DNA of 64,000 nucleotides from Hemiscyllium ocellatum (taxonomy: Eukaryota), in NCBI RefSeq assembly GCF_020745735.1, contig NC_083431.1, forward strand, positions 45,040,496 through 45,104,495, given 5' to 3'. Made by a program: the position numbers and the translations under genes. The notes under the pieces were generated by a model that worked only from the letters and a program-made list of their open reading frames with translations, had not been told where the DNA came from and made no database searches. Positions 1-12,778 of this stretch are shown here, one piece after another (positions within the stretch are counted from its first letter, which is position 1; each line of letters opens with the position of its first letter).

Positions 1-834
1 CTGTATCAGACATGAAAAAAATGTTCCTGTAGCAGTTGTTTTTTTGCAATGAAGGTCAGTGACAAAGTAGATGTTAAGTTTCTGCTTGAGTGCAGGTTAT
101 GAATCGAAATTAATCATGACAACCTATTTATTCATAGAATCAAAACCAAAAATAAAACACTATAATAGATCTATGATAATTCCATAGGCAAATATGGAGA
201 AAATTGTACTGGAAAAGTGCAGAATATCTTAGTGTTAATTTGTCCTTAGAGATTTCTTACTGGAATATGAAGCTGTGTCGAAAACCACATCTTCTCAAGA
301 TGCACACAGCTGATATGGTTATGTAATTGCTATTAACATCAAGTCAATAACAAAGATAATTAGAAGCTTGTATGGTATAAGTGGAAATCTTGGAGTGCAT
401 CACTTTCATGTACAGTACTGAAATATGAAATCAGTGGTGTGGACGATGATATAATATGCCTGTTGCACTGAACAGAGTTGCTAATTTCTGATTTATGAGC
501 TAGCTACAAAATTAATACTCATACTTGCTAACAAAGTGTAGTGACAATTGTGAAGCCAAAGCCAATACAACACTTGATTCCAAGGACTGGCCTATTATTA
601 ATCGGACCCAAGCTTGTCAGTGAGTCAGAAATCAAGATAGCTTTCTTTGTGGATAAACTTAATTAACACAGTTGTGCAGCATCTCTTCTGCAAACCAGTC
701 CTTCTTATTCTTCCTTTATTATTGAACCAGTCATTTAGGTAATTAATTAACCCAATAATGTGCTTAAGTACTTGCTATTATTAACAGCATTGATTTTAAT
801 GTGTTAGTATTAAGTAATAGTGAAGGGTTTAATA

Positions 835-1325
835 GTGTAGCCGCAGTGTCCCTCCAACTGAGCCAGAAGAATCAAGTTTCAGTCCTACCTTACCCAGAGG
901 AATGTCACAGCTTGTCTAAATAAGTTAATTAAAGAAAACTAAGGACAATTGGTGACAGACTACTACCCAAACGTCGAGCTACCAGTGATTTGTGCCATGA
1001 CATATGAAACGTTTGACAACTAGCCATGGTGATTTCATTGTTAGGTTTATAAGATTATGGAGTTCTTGTGGTGCAGTAGTAATGTCCCTACCTCTAAACT
1101 ATGATCCCAGGTTCACCTCTTTTTGGCATAATTGTACAGTCCCTTCCTCTGAGCCAAGAATCCCAAGTTCAACTCCCACCTACTTGAGAGGCGTGTAATA
1201 ACAACTCTGAACATTAAAAATATTTAAAGCAATAATAGAAAGGAGTTTTGTGGTAGTGCTGCAGTTTCAAATGCCTCCTGTCCCAGAGGTGAGTCATAAC
1301 AAGCTCATGCAAATTGTTTACATCT
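835..1325 (+). repeat. Tandem cluster of about 4 decayed copies of a short (~120 bp) tRNA-derived SINE-like element
   Basis: Four head-to-tail variants of GCAGTGGTAGTGTCCCTACCTCTGAGCCAGAAG..GGTTCAAGTCCCACC..CAGAGGTGTGTAATAACATCTCTGAA at ~835, ~1059, ~1121 and ~1241, with A/B-box-like motifs. The same family occurs at 2681-2768 and 41165-41282. Confidence 0.6.
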
Positions 1326-1334
1326 TGAGGGTTG

Positions 1335-2680
1335 TAGAGTCTTAGAAATATACAGCAGAGGAACAGAGCCTTCAGCCCAATTCGTCCATGCTGACCAGAT
1401 ATCGTAAACTAATCTAGTCCCATCTGTAAACCCTTCCTATTCATATACCCACCCAGATGCCTTTTAAATGCTGTAATTGTACTAGCCTCCACTACTTCCC
1501 TGACAGCTTATTCCATACATGTACCACACTCTGCGTGAAAAAATTGCCCCATAGGTCCCTTTTATATCTTTCCCTTCTCACCCTAAAGCCAGTTCTGGAC
1601 TCCCCCAACTCAGGGAAAAAGACCTTGTCAATTTATCCTATCCATGCCCCTCATGCTTTTGTATATCTCTATAAGGTCACCCCTCAGCCTCTGATACTCC
1701 AGTAAGGGAGAACAGCCCCAGCTTATTCAGCCTCTTCCTATAGCTCAAATCCTCCAAACCTGGGAACATCCTTGTAAATCTTTTCTGAACCCTTTCAAGT
1801 TTCACAACATCCTTCTGATAGCTAGGAGGCTAGAACTGCAAGCATTATTCCAAAAGTGGCCTAACTGATGTCGTATACAGCCGCAACATGACCTCCCAAC
1901 TTCTATATACAATGCCGTGACGAATAAAGGAAAACATACCAAATGCCTTTTTCACTATCCTATTGACCTGCAACTCCACTTTCGAGGAACTACGAACCCA
2001 CACTCCAAGGTCTCTTTGTTCAGCACCACTCCTTAGGACCTTACCATTAAGTGTATAAGTCCTACTCTGATTTACTTTTCCAAAAGGCAGCACCTCGCAC
2101 TTATCTAAATTAAATTCTATTTGCCACTCTTCAGCCCATTGGCCCATCTGATCAAGATTCCATTGTATTCTGACGTAACCTTCTTCACTGTCCACTACAC
2201 CTCCAATTTTGGTGTCATCTGTAAACTTAATAACTAAACCTCCTATGTCGACTTCCAAATCATTTATATAAATGCCAAAAATTAGTGGACCCAGCACCGA
2301 TCCTTGTGGCACACCAATGGTCATGAGCCACCAGTCTGAAAGGCACCCTCCACTACCACCCTCTGTCTTCTACCTTCACCAGTTCTGTATCCAAATGGCT
2401 AGTTCTCCCTGAATTCCGTGAGCTCTAACCTTGCTAACAAGTCTCCCATGAGGAACCTTATGGAACGCCTTACTGAAGTTCATAGAGGTCACATTCATTG
2501 CTCTGCCCTCATCAATCCTCTTTGTTACTTCTTCAAAAAGTTCAATCAAGTTTGTGAGATATGATTTCCCATGCACAAAGCCATGCTGACTGTCCCTAAT
2601 CAGTCCTTGCCTTTCCAAATACATGTAAATCCTGTCCCTCAGGATTTCCTCCAACAATTTGCCCACCAATGATGTCAGGC
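1335..2680 (-). mobile_element. CR1/HER1-type LINE, 5'-truncated (RT region and 3' UTR)
   Basis: ORFs 1845-2324 and 2376-2702 give CR1 RT motifs (GVPQGSVLGP, KFTDDTK, SQHGF, FSKAFHKVPH). The CTCTA-type 3' tail is at the left end. Confidence 0.95.
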
Positions 2681-2768
2681 TTGTGGTAATGTTTGGTTTC
2701 AAATCCCAACTGCAACAGAAGTGTGTAATAACATCTCTGAAAAGGTTGCTTAGAAAGTACCTATAAAT
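2681..2768 (+). repeat. Fifth copy of the short tRNA-like SINE, separated from the cluster by the CR1 insertion
   Basis: GGTTTCAAATCCCAACTGCAACAGAAGTGTGTAATAACATCTCTGAAAAGGTTGCTTAGAAA matches the copies at ~1121 and 41165. Confidence 0.6.
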
Positions 2769-3029
2769 GAATCAGAATGTTTGCAGCTCAATATTATCAA
2801 AGTCAAAGTCATCCTGATGTGTAACTGCGAAATGCTCTGTTCCCTTTTCATTACATGCTCACTCCAGAACAATCTCCATTAATCTCTGCACATTACACCA
2901 TCCTGTTACCTTTAAAAGTCTGTTTTTTTAGCTACCTTCTCTAGTTCATAACCTACATGCATTTGGACATGATGTTGAACAGTGAAGTGCCTTGAGATGT
3001 CTTACATGAAAGAATCCAGAAAAACACTA

Positions 3030-3365
3030 CTTATTAAATGTTTATATTTATGTAGTGCGTTTAAAGTCAAAATATCCCAAGTTTTTCCACAAATGAAAAT
3101 ACCTTGGGAAAGAAAATTAATTGGTAGCCTGCCATGGAGGGAGAGATTAGAAAAGATGAACAAAGACTTGACTAAGTTGATGATTTTTCAAAGGTTTTGA
3201 AGGGTGTGGGAGAGTTGCAGTGAGCAAAGTGGGAGTAGCGAGCTGGTGATGGAGATTCAGATGATCTTGCCAGTGCCTGAATACATTAAAAGCTTTGATT
3301 CAGAGGACAAAAGGGAGCAGGGCAGGGTACAAATCAAAAGTGATGTGGAGACAAGAGCTGAATTT
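3030..3365 (-). mobile_element. Decayed L2-like LINE 3' end
   Basis: TTTATATTTATGTAGTGCGTTT start plus a purine-rich tract typical of reversed L2 3' ends; strongly diverged. Confidence 0.45.
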
Positions 3366-3409
3366 TACAAAAAATCAGCTATTTGTCAATTTCAAGGATT
3401 TTCTTTTTT

Positions 3410-3542
3410 AAATTAATTTGTGGGACATAGCTGCCTTTGAGAAGTTGGTGGTGAGCTGCTTTCCTGAACCATGCAATCCATGTCCTATAAGTTGACCCAC
3501 AACGCCATTTGAGAGGGAATTCTAGGATTTTAATTCAGTGAC
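3410..3542 (-). mobile_element. 3' fragment of an older LINE family (CR1/L2 group)
   Basis: Matches 43615-44010 (-), 12235-12778 (+) and 62120-62512 (+), e.g. GAGAAGTTGGTGGTGAGCTGC and GAGAGGGAATTCTAGGATTTT. Confidence 0.65.
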
Positions 3543-4679
3543 CTCAGTAGTCAAGCGAACCCCCACAAATTTCCATGTTTGTTTTTTTCTTGCACCCATT
3601 GTCAAGGCTATCAGTACATTCCGACCCAACTCTTATTTAAGTCTTCATCTCCCAGCATTATCCTTTGAGCCATGCAGGCTGTTATGCAACACTATCCTCC
3701 TGTCAAATTTTGTAACTGTTGATGACCTCCACCCCCACAATAAGCCATATTCTCCAGTGCACTTCCCCCACTTTATGTGCTCAGTTGCCATCTTTCACAA
3801 TTACTGCATTCTCTGAAGTGCAGTATTGAAGTGAAGAATGACGCTCCAGGTGATTTGGCAATGTGCCATGAAATGCAGTGAGGCTGGTGCATGTCCAATG
3901 CAACCTCCAACGTGCGTGAGTATAGGCAGTCGCTGTCCTTGGAGCATAACCTTAGTTGCTGAGATCTGCTGTCTAAGATGGAGGCCTAAAGTAGTAAGTG
4001 GGGAGCTGAAGCCACCAGATATCTGCTCTTTCAGATTGGGAATTGCTAGCATCTACTTTCTGTCCAGCATATTGGAAGAAAGAAAATCAATATAAATGAG
4101 GTGAAATTAGATCGTAATGAGATGTTAATATATGTAAATTGGCTTCTCAGCACTCACTCAGGAGATTCTCATCTCAACATTTAAAAAAGTCAAATTTCCT
4201 TCTTCAACACACCCATTTAAATTTTCCTATTTTTCCATATTTTCCCAACTGAGTCACCATTATTCACATTATTCAGGGCTAGAAAAACTCTGGCAAACGT
4301 GTAAGAGGACGACAGAGGCTTAGTGTAGGTCAACAAAGATAGTGGAATCAGTAAACAAGAAATAAGTAAACTTAGCTATGGACATGATATGGAATCAGGT
4401 TTCCTGGGGAGAGATAATCTCAGGCGAGGTCTCATCTCTGGTCAGATTGGGTGGGACAGGAGGTTTGTGTGGGAGTCATATCCTAATGAAGTTAAACTAT
4501 ATGTAGCCTAACTTTTCCTGAGTAACTATTTTTAAATTTAAATGGAGACTTAAATGCTCAGCAGGATTTTCAATGTCTTATGTAATTCCTTCATTGTCTG
4601 GTATAATGGAGATTTCGCACGGTCCCATAAACACCTCTTCCATTTACAATGAAATAATGACCATCTGGATATTGGGAAA

Positions 4680-4775
4680 TCTAACCAAAGAGCATAGAAG
4701 GTGGAAAATGAGAAGGTAATGAGGAGGGGATTGTAATAATCAAGTCTGGAGATGACAAATCTATAGGTAGGTGAG
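4680..4775 (-). mobile_element. L2 RT C-terminal remnant
   Basis: Translates as FVISRLDYYNPLL, matching the L2 FVTSRLDYCNxLL motif. Confidence 0.6.
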
Positions 4776-5749
4776 AGATAACAACGCATACATGGGCCTT
4801 TCTCTTGTTTCTCAATCTGTTGCTTTTTCACTGCTCATACATTATCCTAGCTTTCTCCTCATTTTCCTCTCTTACTATATTTTTTTATTTCCTGTCATTG
4901 GTTTCTCCCTTGTTCCCTTTGTTCTGCCTATGTTTAGCAAAAACCACTTGGGTCCCAACCATTTGTCCCTTGGGCATCTTTGTTTCCTGGTATCATTTTA
5001 CATTTTACCCATTAGTCTCCTGCTTATTCGAGCAGTCTGTTCAATCTTTTATATTCTATCTCCCTCTCTCCTACCTTGCTTGGTCCCCTCATCACAAATA
5101 TTTACTGTCTCTTTAATAATATTCTCTATTTAATATATTCCTTTGTAAGTTTGCCCAATTCATATCTGTCTTTAGCCAAACCAGTTCAACGTCCTCTCAG
5201 GTATTTACAACCTTTACCAAGAGGAAACTAAGAGCAGATGTTTACTACACCATTACATGGCTGCTTCAACTCACATCAGATCATTCATTGTCTATGTTAC
5301 ACTTCTTCCTGCTGTTCCTAAATGTAATATCTTAGAAGACAATTTATGGAGCTTGATGTAATGTATATATTGTATTTAATTAATCACAGGTTTGCAGGAG
5401 AATTTAGCTTTGTAAGTGGAAACGGAATCATAATTACTATTTGGACTTGAGTTATATTTTTTTTTTAAAAATGGTTGACATGCCTGAACTTCTATTGACT
5501 CTGATTCTCCATTACCAGCCTGCAATATCTGAGAAAATGAAACCCCTCTCAGATAATGAGTGATAGAGTAGAGGTGATGAAAGTGGGTGCTCAGAATTAA
5601 AATTCTTTTTTGGTACACAACTGACAATATGGCATATGACAGAGCTGTCCACATCCTTGGGGTCTTCCCATCACCCTGTGCTTCATTTCCTTATCACAGG
5701 AGTCTACCTCACCTTGCCAAATTTTACATGGTTCACTTCCCCTGTGTAA

Positions 5750-6090
5750 TTACTCTGTAAACAATTGTGCCTACTCTGCACCAGTCTTTTGTTCCAAACC
5801 TGTCTCATTATCAGTCCCTTGCCTCTGGCAATTATCCCTTTTGTCATTTAGCAGCATCTATCTTCATCCCATCACAAATGTTTACATTTCTCCATTCTTT
5901 CATCCCTTATTTTCCCAACTTTGTGCTTTATTTTCAAGTTATTAAATATCTAATATTTTTCCAGTCCTTATTAAAGGTTATTGCCTTGAAGCATCAACTC
6001 ACTTTCTTCCATACAGGCATTGTCTGACTTGCTATGGATTTCCTGCTATTTTAGTTTTGCCTATGCTTTCCATTTCCATCTGCAACTTTC
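5750..6090 (+). mobile_element. Highly decayed Penelope-like terminal repeat
   Basis: Pyrimidine-rich tract followed by CAGTCCTTATTAAAGGTTATTGCCTTGAAGCATCAACTC..CAGGCATTGTCTGACTTGCT..CCATCTGCAAC, which resembles the hammerhead-plus-tail region at 63660-63770. Confidence 0.4.
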
Positions 6091-6629
6091 TCAACACAAA
6101 GCGTTAGAAAACTGGTCAAATTTCATTACAGGCTGTAGTTTTGTCTTGTTAACAATGTAATGGAAACTGAAACCATCGAGTGGAACCTGTTACTGTGTTA
6201 ACTTGTGCCTTGGCATAAAGTTGTTTGATCAATGAGATACTTGATGTCTGAAGCAAGCGAACATAATAATGCAGCTTCCCGATGAAATCTACTGGTGTTA
6301 TTTTTATCAAGTCTGCTCACACGGATTAATAAACTACATTAAAATTTTTGAAACTAATTTCATATGTTCTCAAGAGGTAGAATTTCTTATTATCTAACCA
6401 TGTGAATAAAGTCACATTATTAAAAGTTTTGAAACAGTTATAAATTTCATTATTTAAGATTTTTTGCAGTAACTGTGAAATTGCACATGAAGATAACAGA
6501 AATAGCTAATGGTATCTTCAGGCAATCTCAATAATTAAAATATTTACATTTTACTTGATCAGTCTCAAGTCTGCTTACACATAATGATTGATAACCATTG
6601 AAGTTTGTCATAGATACCCACATGATTCA

Positions 6630-6821
6630 GTAACATGCTTTAGGGAAGGAAATGATCTGTCTTTATCGGGTCTGGCTGCATGTGACTCTAGACCCACAAT
6701 GATGTGATTGCTCTGTAATGGCCTAGCAAGCTACTCAGTTCAAGCATAATTAAGGATGAACAACAAATGCTGATCTTGCCCACAATACCAACCCCATCCT
6801 GTGAAAGAATAAATAAAAAAA
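6630..6821 (+). mobile_element. SINE remnant sharing its 3' tail with the older LINE family
   Basis: Ends in AATTAAGGATGAACAACAAATGCTGATCTTGCC..GAATAAATAAAAAAA, similar to the 12708-12778 tail. Confidence 0.55.
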
Positions 6822-6879
6822 GCCAGACTATCAGTGGTGATTTATCAGTGTAATGTGGTTGGTGGAGTATTTATATATG

Positions 6880-8330
6880 TAGACTTCCTAAAGACCTTTG
6901 GTAAAATGCCACATAACAGGTTTGTCAGCAAAGTTTGAGTCTATTGAACAAAAGGGACAGTAACAGAGTGGGTACAAAATTGGATGAGAGACAAGAGACA
7001 GAGGGTAGTTGTTTTCTAGAATGGAGGAAGGTATCTTATGGCATTCTCCAGGGGTCACTGTGAAGGATCTCCACTTTTCTTGGTATGTATTAATAACCTA
7101 GATAAGGGTATTCAAGGAACAACTTCAAAACTTGGAAGTACTGTGAACTGTAAGGAAGTTAGTGAATGATTCCACGAGGGTAGATACAACTAAGTGGAAT
7201 GACTGGGCAAGTGATAAATGGAACTTAATGGAGAGTGTGTAAAGTGATGTATTTTGTTAAGAAGAGGAAAATGACTAAAGGTAAAGCCTACTTTTAACAT
7301 GGTTAATGAGGATTAAATGGCAGACAGCAAACACAAAATGCAATATCTTCAAACTAAACTGGAGTTTATGGTTTCATGTTGCAGTTGTATAAGACTCTGG
7401 TGCGGCCTCATCTGGAGTATTGTGTGCAGTTTTGGTCGCCATACTATAGGAAGGATGTGGAGGCATTGGAACGAGTGCAGAGGAGGTTTACCAGGATGTT
7501 GCCTGGCATGGTAGGAAGATCGTATGAGGAAAGGCTGAGGCACTTGGGGCTGTTCTCATTGGAGAAAAGAAGGTTTAGGGGAGATTTGATAGAGGTGTAC
7601 AAGATGATTAGGGGTTTAGATAGGGTTGACAGTGAGAATCTTTTTCCGCTAATGGAGTCAGCTGTTACTAGGGGACACAGCTTTAAATTAAGGGGTGGTA
7701 GGTATAGGACAGATGTTAGGGGTAGATTCTTTACTCAGCGGGTTGTGAGTTCATGGAATGCCCTGCCAGTAGCAGTGGTGGACTCTCCCTCTTTATGGTC
7801 ATTTAAGCGGGCATTGGATAAACATATGGAGGTTATTGGGCTAGTGTAGGTTAGGTAGGCTTCAGTCAGCGCAACATCGAGGGCCGAAGGGCCTGTACTG
7901 CGCTGTATTTTTCTATGTTCTATGTTCTATGAAAGGTTTCTCACTGCCCACAGAATATCCCCAATCCCTAACCCCACCACCCTCCAACCACCACTACCAC
8001 CACACCTGAAATAGGAGAGTGGACACATTGGACAGACCCAAACGAAGGCAGGAAATACTTGTTGGGAAGAAAGTGAGTTAACATAAGTTAAAGGATACAA
8101 ATCTAAATGAGGTTAAGGAGCTCAGTGGCTAAGGCTATATGTGCGCAAATTATTGGAGTTGGTGGAGTAGATTCAACAATAGCTTTAAAAAGGGAATTGA
8201 AAAATAATCAGAAGCAGTGTAAAGCTATGGTAAAAAAAAAAGGCAGGGGAGTAAATCAAGTAAGTTGCAAACAGAATGGACACAATGGGCTGAATGCCCT
8301 CATGTGCTGTTATCATGCAATGATTCCATT
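6880..8330 (+). mobile_element. Old CR1 LINE fragments (6880-7320 and 8080-8330), interrupted by a young CR1
   Basis: Decayed KxFxKxPH, QRV and QGSL motifs and a CR1-like 3' end. Confidence 0.6.
7374..7931 (+). mobile_element. Young 5'-truncated CR1 LINE (ORF2 C-terminus and 3' UTR)
   Basis: Uninterrupted 157-aa ORF (LYKTLVRPHLEYCVQFWSP...RGDLIEVYK...FFTQRVV..WNALP) and a (TTCTATG)n tail. Confidence 0.95.
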
Positions 8331-8599
8331 GACCTTGCCAATGCCTCTGGTTTCTTGGCGCAGCCACTAAACTCAATCAGTCTCATTAGTCTCTTAATGC
8401 AAGCCACTTCCCCCTCCTCCTTTATGCAATATATGCTTTAATCTCTTGATTTCTTAGGGTTCAGAATTGTTTACTTAACAACCTTCTTAAACATTTTGGC
8501 CTCATTCAAATCAAATTGGAAGGTCTAATTAATTGTTACATTTTTTGACAATTATGTTTGTTCTCTACAATGAAGAAGATCTTGTAAATTTCATATCTG

Positions 8600-8910
8600 C
8601 AGAATGCCCCAAAAAGGTTCACAGCAATTTAAGTACTTTTGATGTGTAATTGCTACTGTTAAATAGGGAATTATAACAGTTAAAATTTCCCATAGCAGGC
8701 TCCACAAACAGCAGTGAGTTATTGATCTTTTTCAGACACCGTGGGATAAATATTGACCAAGACAGCAGGAAACTCCCATGTTTTTCAAAATAATTCCAAG
8801 GGATCTTAACTTGCAGATCAGGCTCCAGTTTGACAGCTCAGCTGAAAAACAGCATCTCCAACAATGCAGCACACCAACAGTACAGCAATGAAGTATCAAC
8901 CTGGATTATA
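8600..8910 (-). mobile_element. SacSINE1/DeuSINE-like SINE
   Basis: GTTTGACAGCTCAGCTGAAAAACAGCATCTCCAACAATGCAGCAC..CAGTAC..AACCTGGATT is the reverse of the Deu-type head/core. Related copies lie at 55218-55630 and 61780-62100. Confidence 0.6.
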
Positions 8911-10569
8911 TATGAAAGGAGATTACTAATTTCACAACTTCATAAAATAATCTTCCATAAAATATAAAAAGCCCGAAACTTTAAAGAAGTACAGCAACAA
9001 AGAAAAGGTGCCAAATAAATATTTGCAATGCATCACCATAGGTTTTAATATTGTCTATTTACTTTTCTCTGAGATAACATGGCTATAAATATATGAAGAA
9101 GTCACGATGCATGTAATTCATTCAAACAAAGCAACATTTTCCTACAAAATTCATGCCCAATCCTTGAAGAGTAATCAGAATTCAAAACTTTCCTTATTTT
9201 CAGCTAGACTACTAAACATTGTTCACAGAAGAGCTCTTGTCCCTAAGCAGACTACTTAACCTCCATGCTGAACCCAATGTTTATAGAAGGCTTTTAAGCA
9301 ATATTCAATTAACCCACAGCGACCCACAATACATTAAAGACTGTCAAATAATTTTATTTAAGTTCATCCTAGAATTACTAATAAATACAGGCAAACCCTA
9401 CTCCTCAGTATTTCTGTATTTTTGACACACCAATTTTGGCAGGATCTTCCAAACTTCAGAAGGCAGTTGATTTCCAAATGCCAAAGCTGTTTCATACTTT
9501 GGGAAGTACTTGATATGGAATGGAGATAACTTGCCTTGAGCAGTGGCAAAGATTGAAAGTTTTAAGCTTTGCTGATCAAAGAGTGCCACCTTATACCATA
9601 GAAGAAATCCTTAGTCACAATGAGAACAATCAAAATTATATGCTTTCTTTTGAATCCATATCTCCTAATATTAGAAAAAAGTCTCATTGTCCGCTGTAAA
9701 AAGAACTTGAATCCTTAAATATGATGTACTGAGTATAATAATGTAATAATATTAAAATAATATATGTTGAAAGTTAAAAAATATCAAATATAACGACAAG
9801 AATTTCTTTTCTATTGGCCTGTACTCTAGCGATTTGACAGATTTGGGAGGGCTATGAAACATTTTTAAACTATGCAAAAGTAGAAATAGACTGGATGTTA
9901 GGAAATTCTTTGTTTTGTAAAGAGTAATGATCCTTTGCATTGCGTTGCCAGCTGGTGTGGCTGATGACTATCTGTGCATCTTTAAAGGGAAGCTGGCCAA
10001 GCTCTTAGTTGGGACAAAGAACAAATCGTAAAAAGATAGGTGGTATAACAGGTAAAACTTTGTGAGATTTCCTGGAATGGTCTTGATTGCATGAGAGGAT
10101 TGGAGAGGAATTTTCTCGAGCATTGGTCCTTAATTTTTCTTTTCTTTTGCATCTGCTCGAAATAAAATCGCTAGGTAAGAAATGGGGGATACAAATGCTG
10201 AAAATCCCCAGTTGCAATGTGTCAGGTTTCATGGTATGGAATTGACCTTACAGACCAGCCATCCCTTTCCTACCTGTCATTCCACATGTTCATATGTATT
10301 CCAATGACCAAAACTGAAATATATCACTCTGGCAACACAGTAGCAATAATCATGTGATCCTCCAGTCTGTTATAGCAAATCGAAAAAGTTGTTGTAGATT
10401 AGATTAGATTAGATGCAGCAGCATACTATGTCCAGTTCTGGTCACCTAGTTATAGGATGGATATTATTAAGCTGGAGAAGGTTCAAAAGAGGTATACTGG
10501 GATGCTGCTTGGTATGGAAGGTTTAAGTTATAAAGAAAGGCTGTAATGTCCTTTCTTCAACAACGTGTA

Positions 10570-10780
10570 CACTTGGTTCTGCTATAACATGTGTTTCTTC
10601 AACACGACTTGGCTTTTGAAGAAATTAGACCACTACTTGTCGAATACAAACTTTCCTTATCTGTATTGGCTATAACATGAGTCCGACCCCATTAGTTTAA
10701 ACGGTGTAGCTATTGTCCAAATTTCTTATAATGCAAGATTGCACAAGAACAGAACTATTGTGTGATATCAGAACTGACTG
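10570..10780. mobile_element. Non-autonomous Tc1/mariner/pogo-type MITE (211 bp)
   Basis: Imperfect terminal inverted repeats CACTTGGTTCTGCTATAACA / TGTGATATCAGAACTGACTG (15/20 match), flanked by TA on both sides (10568-69, 10781-82). Confidence 0.7.
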
Positions 10781-10789
10781 TACCTTAAC

Positions 10790-11790
10790 CAAGTGGCTTA
10801 ATGACAGGAGACAAAGAGGGGCAATGGAGGATTGTTTTTGGACTGGAGGCCTGTGACCAGCAGTAATCCACAGGGATCGCTTCTCGGTCCTCTTTTGTTT
10901 GTCACTTATATAAGTGATTTGGATGAGAATATAGAAGGCATAGTTAGTAAGTCTGCTGACAACATCAAAATTGGTGGTGAAGTAGACAGTGAAGGTTATC
11001 TAGGATTACAAAGAGATCTTGATCAAATGTGTCAATGGGCTTAAAAATGGCAGTGGAGTTCAATCTGGATAAATGCGAGATATTGCATTTTGGTACAACA
11101 AACAGGGGTAGGACTTATATCATTCATTGTCGGGCCGTGGGTAGTGTTGGAGGGTTTCAGGTACATAATTCTATGAAGTTTGCGTCATATATTGACAGGG
11201 TGTTTAACATATTTACCTTCATTGCTCAGTCCTTTGAGTATAGGAGTTAGTAAGTCATGTTGAGGTTACACAGGATTTTGGTGAGGCCTTTTCTGGCGTA
11301 CTATGTCCAGTTCTGGTCACCTAGTTATAGGATGGATATTATTAAGCTGGAGAAGGTTCAAAAGAGGTATACTGGGATGTTGCCGGTATGGAAGGTTTAA
11401 GTTATAAAGAAAGGCTGGATCTTTTTTCACTGGAGAGTAGGAGATTGAGAGTGACCTTTTAGACGTTTATTAAATCATGAGGAGTATACTCAGGGTTAAT
11501 GGTATGTCTCTTTTCCCAAGGATGGGGGAATTTCAAGACTAGGGGACACATTTTTAAGGTGAGAGGAGAAAGTTTTTAAAAAGGCATGAGGGGCAAATTT
11601 TTTATACACAGAGTGGTTCGTGTGTGAAATGAACTTCCTGAGGAAGTGGTGGATTTGGGCACAATTAAAAGACATTTGGATAAGTCCATGAATCAGAAAG
11701 GTTTAGAGGATGTGGCTCAGGAGCAGACAGGGGGGATTAGTTTAGTTTGACATGGACGAAGGATATGTTTCCATGGTGTATGGCCCTATA
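10790..11790 (+). mobile_element. CR1 LINE, 5'-truncated and decayed
   Basis: WRPVTSSNPQGSLLGP, SKSADNIKIGG and EFNLDKCE motifs, followed by a CR1 3' UTR. Confidence 0.9.
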
Positions 11791-12234
11791 ACTGCCCACA
11801 AAGTTAAGAGAAGTAACTGTAATAAAAACAAGAAGTATGAATAATTTGAAATTCAAACTGAGATTTAATTTGAACCTCTATGGGATTCCAATTGACTTTC
11901 AGTGTTTGCATTTTCACAATTTCATGGATTCAGCAATCTAGTGGTCAGTATAAAATATAATTGATCTGCTGCCATTGAATACAATTCTGCTGTTGTTGGT
12001 GGGCCACCGCATCCCACAGTTTGTCAACTTTGAGCTCTGTTGTGAGTCCATTCTATTTGTCCTAATGATTATACCACACAATGCAATAGAGATTATCCTC
12101 AGTGTGAAAATGGGACTTCGTCTCTACAAGATTTGTGAAGTGGTACTGCAATACTGTCAAGGACAGGTGGCAGTTAGATTTGTGAGGATGAGATCAAGTA
12201 GGAGCAGTAATGCGCTCCACAACATGCTCTGTAG

Positions 12235-12778
12235 CAATTCACTAAGCCTCCATCAACAGTATATTCCAAATATGCAACCTCTACCATCTAGAAGGAGAAT
12301 GACAGAACATACGTGGGAATACCACCACCTCCAAGACATTTGCCATCCTGATTAGGAATTATTTGATGTTACATCATTGCTGCTGGTGCAAAATCCTGGA
12401 ATTGTATCCGTATAGCTCTTCACCAACACACAGAGACTACAATGGCTCAAAGGGACAATATTTTCATGCAGAGGGTGGTACGTTTGTGGAATAAGTTGCC
12501 AGAGGAAGTGGTGGAGACTGGTACAAATGCAACATTCAAAAGGATGGGTATATGAATAGGAAGGTTTTGGTGGGATACGGGCTGGGTGCTGGCAGATGGG
12601 ACTAGATTGGGCTGGGATTACTGGTCTGCATTGATGGGGTGGACCGAAGGATCTGTTTCCCTGCTGTACATCTCTATTACTCTAAGAATGCACCAGCTTT
12701 TCAAAGACAATTTAAGATGGGCAATTACTGCTGTCCTTGAATGTGATGCTCACAAGCCAAGAATAAATTGAAAAATAA
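12235..12778 (+). mobile_element. Older LINE 3' end, interrupted by a CR1 3' fragment at ~12450-12684
   Basis: CCTCTACCATCTAGAAGG..AAAATCCTGGAA..GATGGGCAATTACTGCTG..AATAAA. The inner segment matches the CR1 tail at 39740-39978. Confidence 0.7.
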
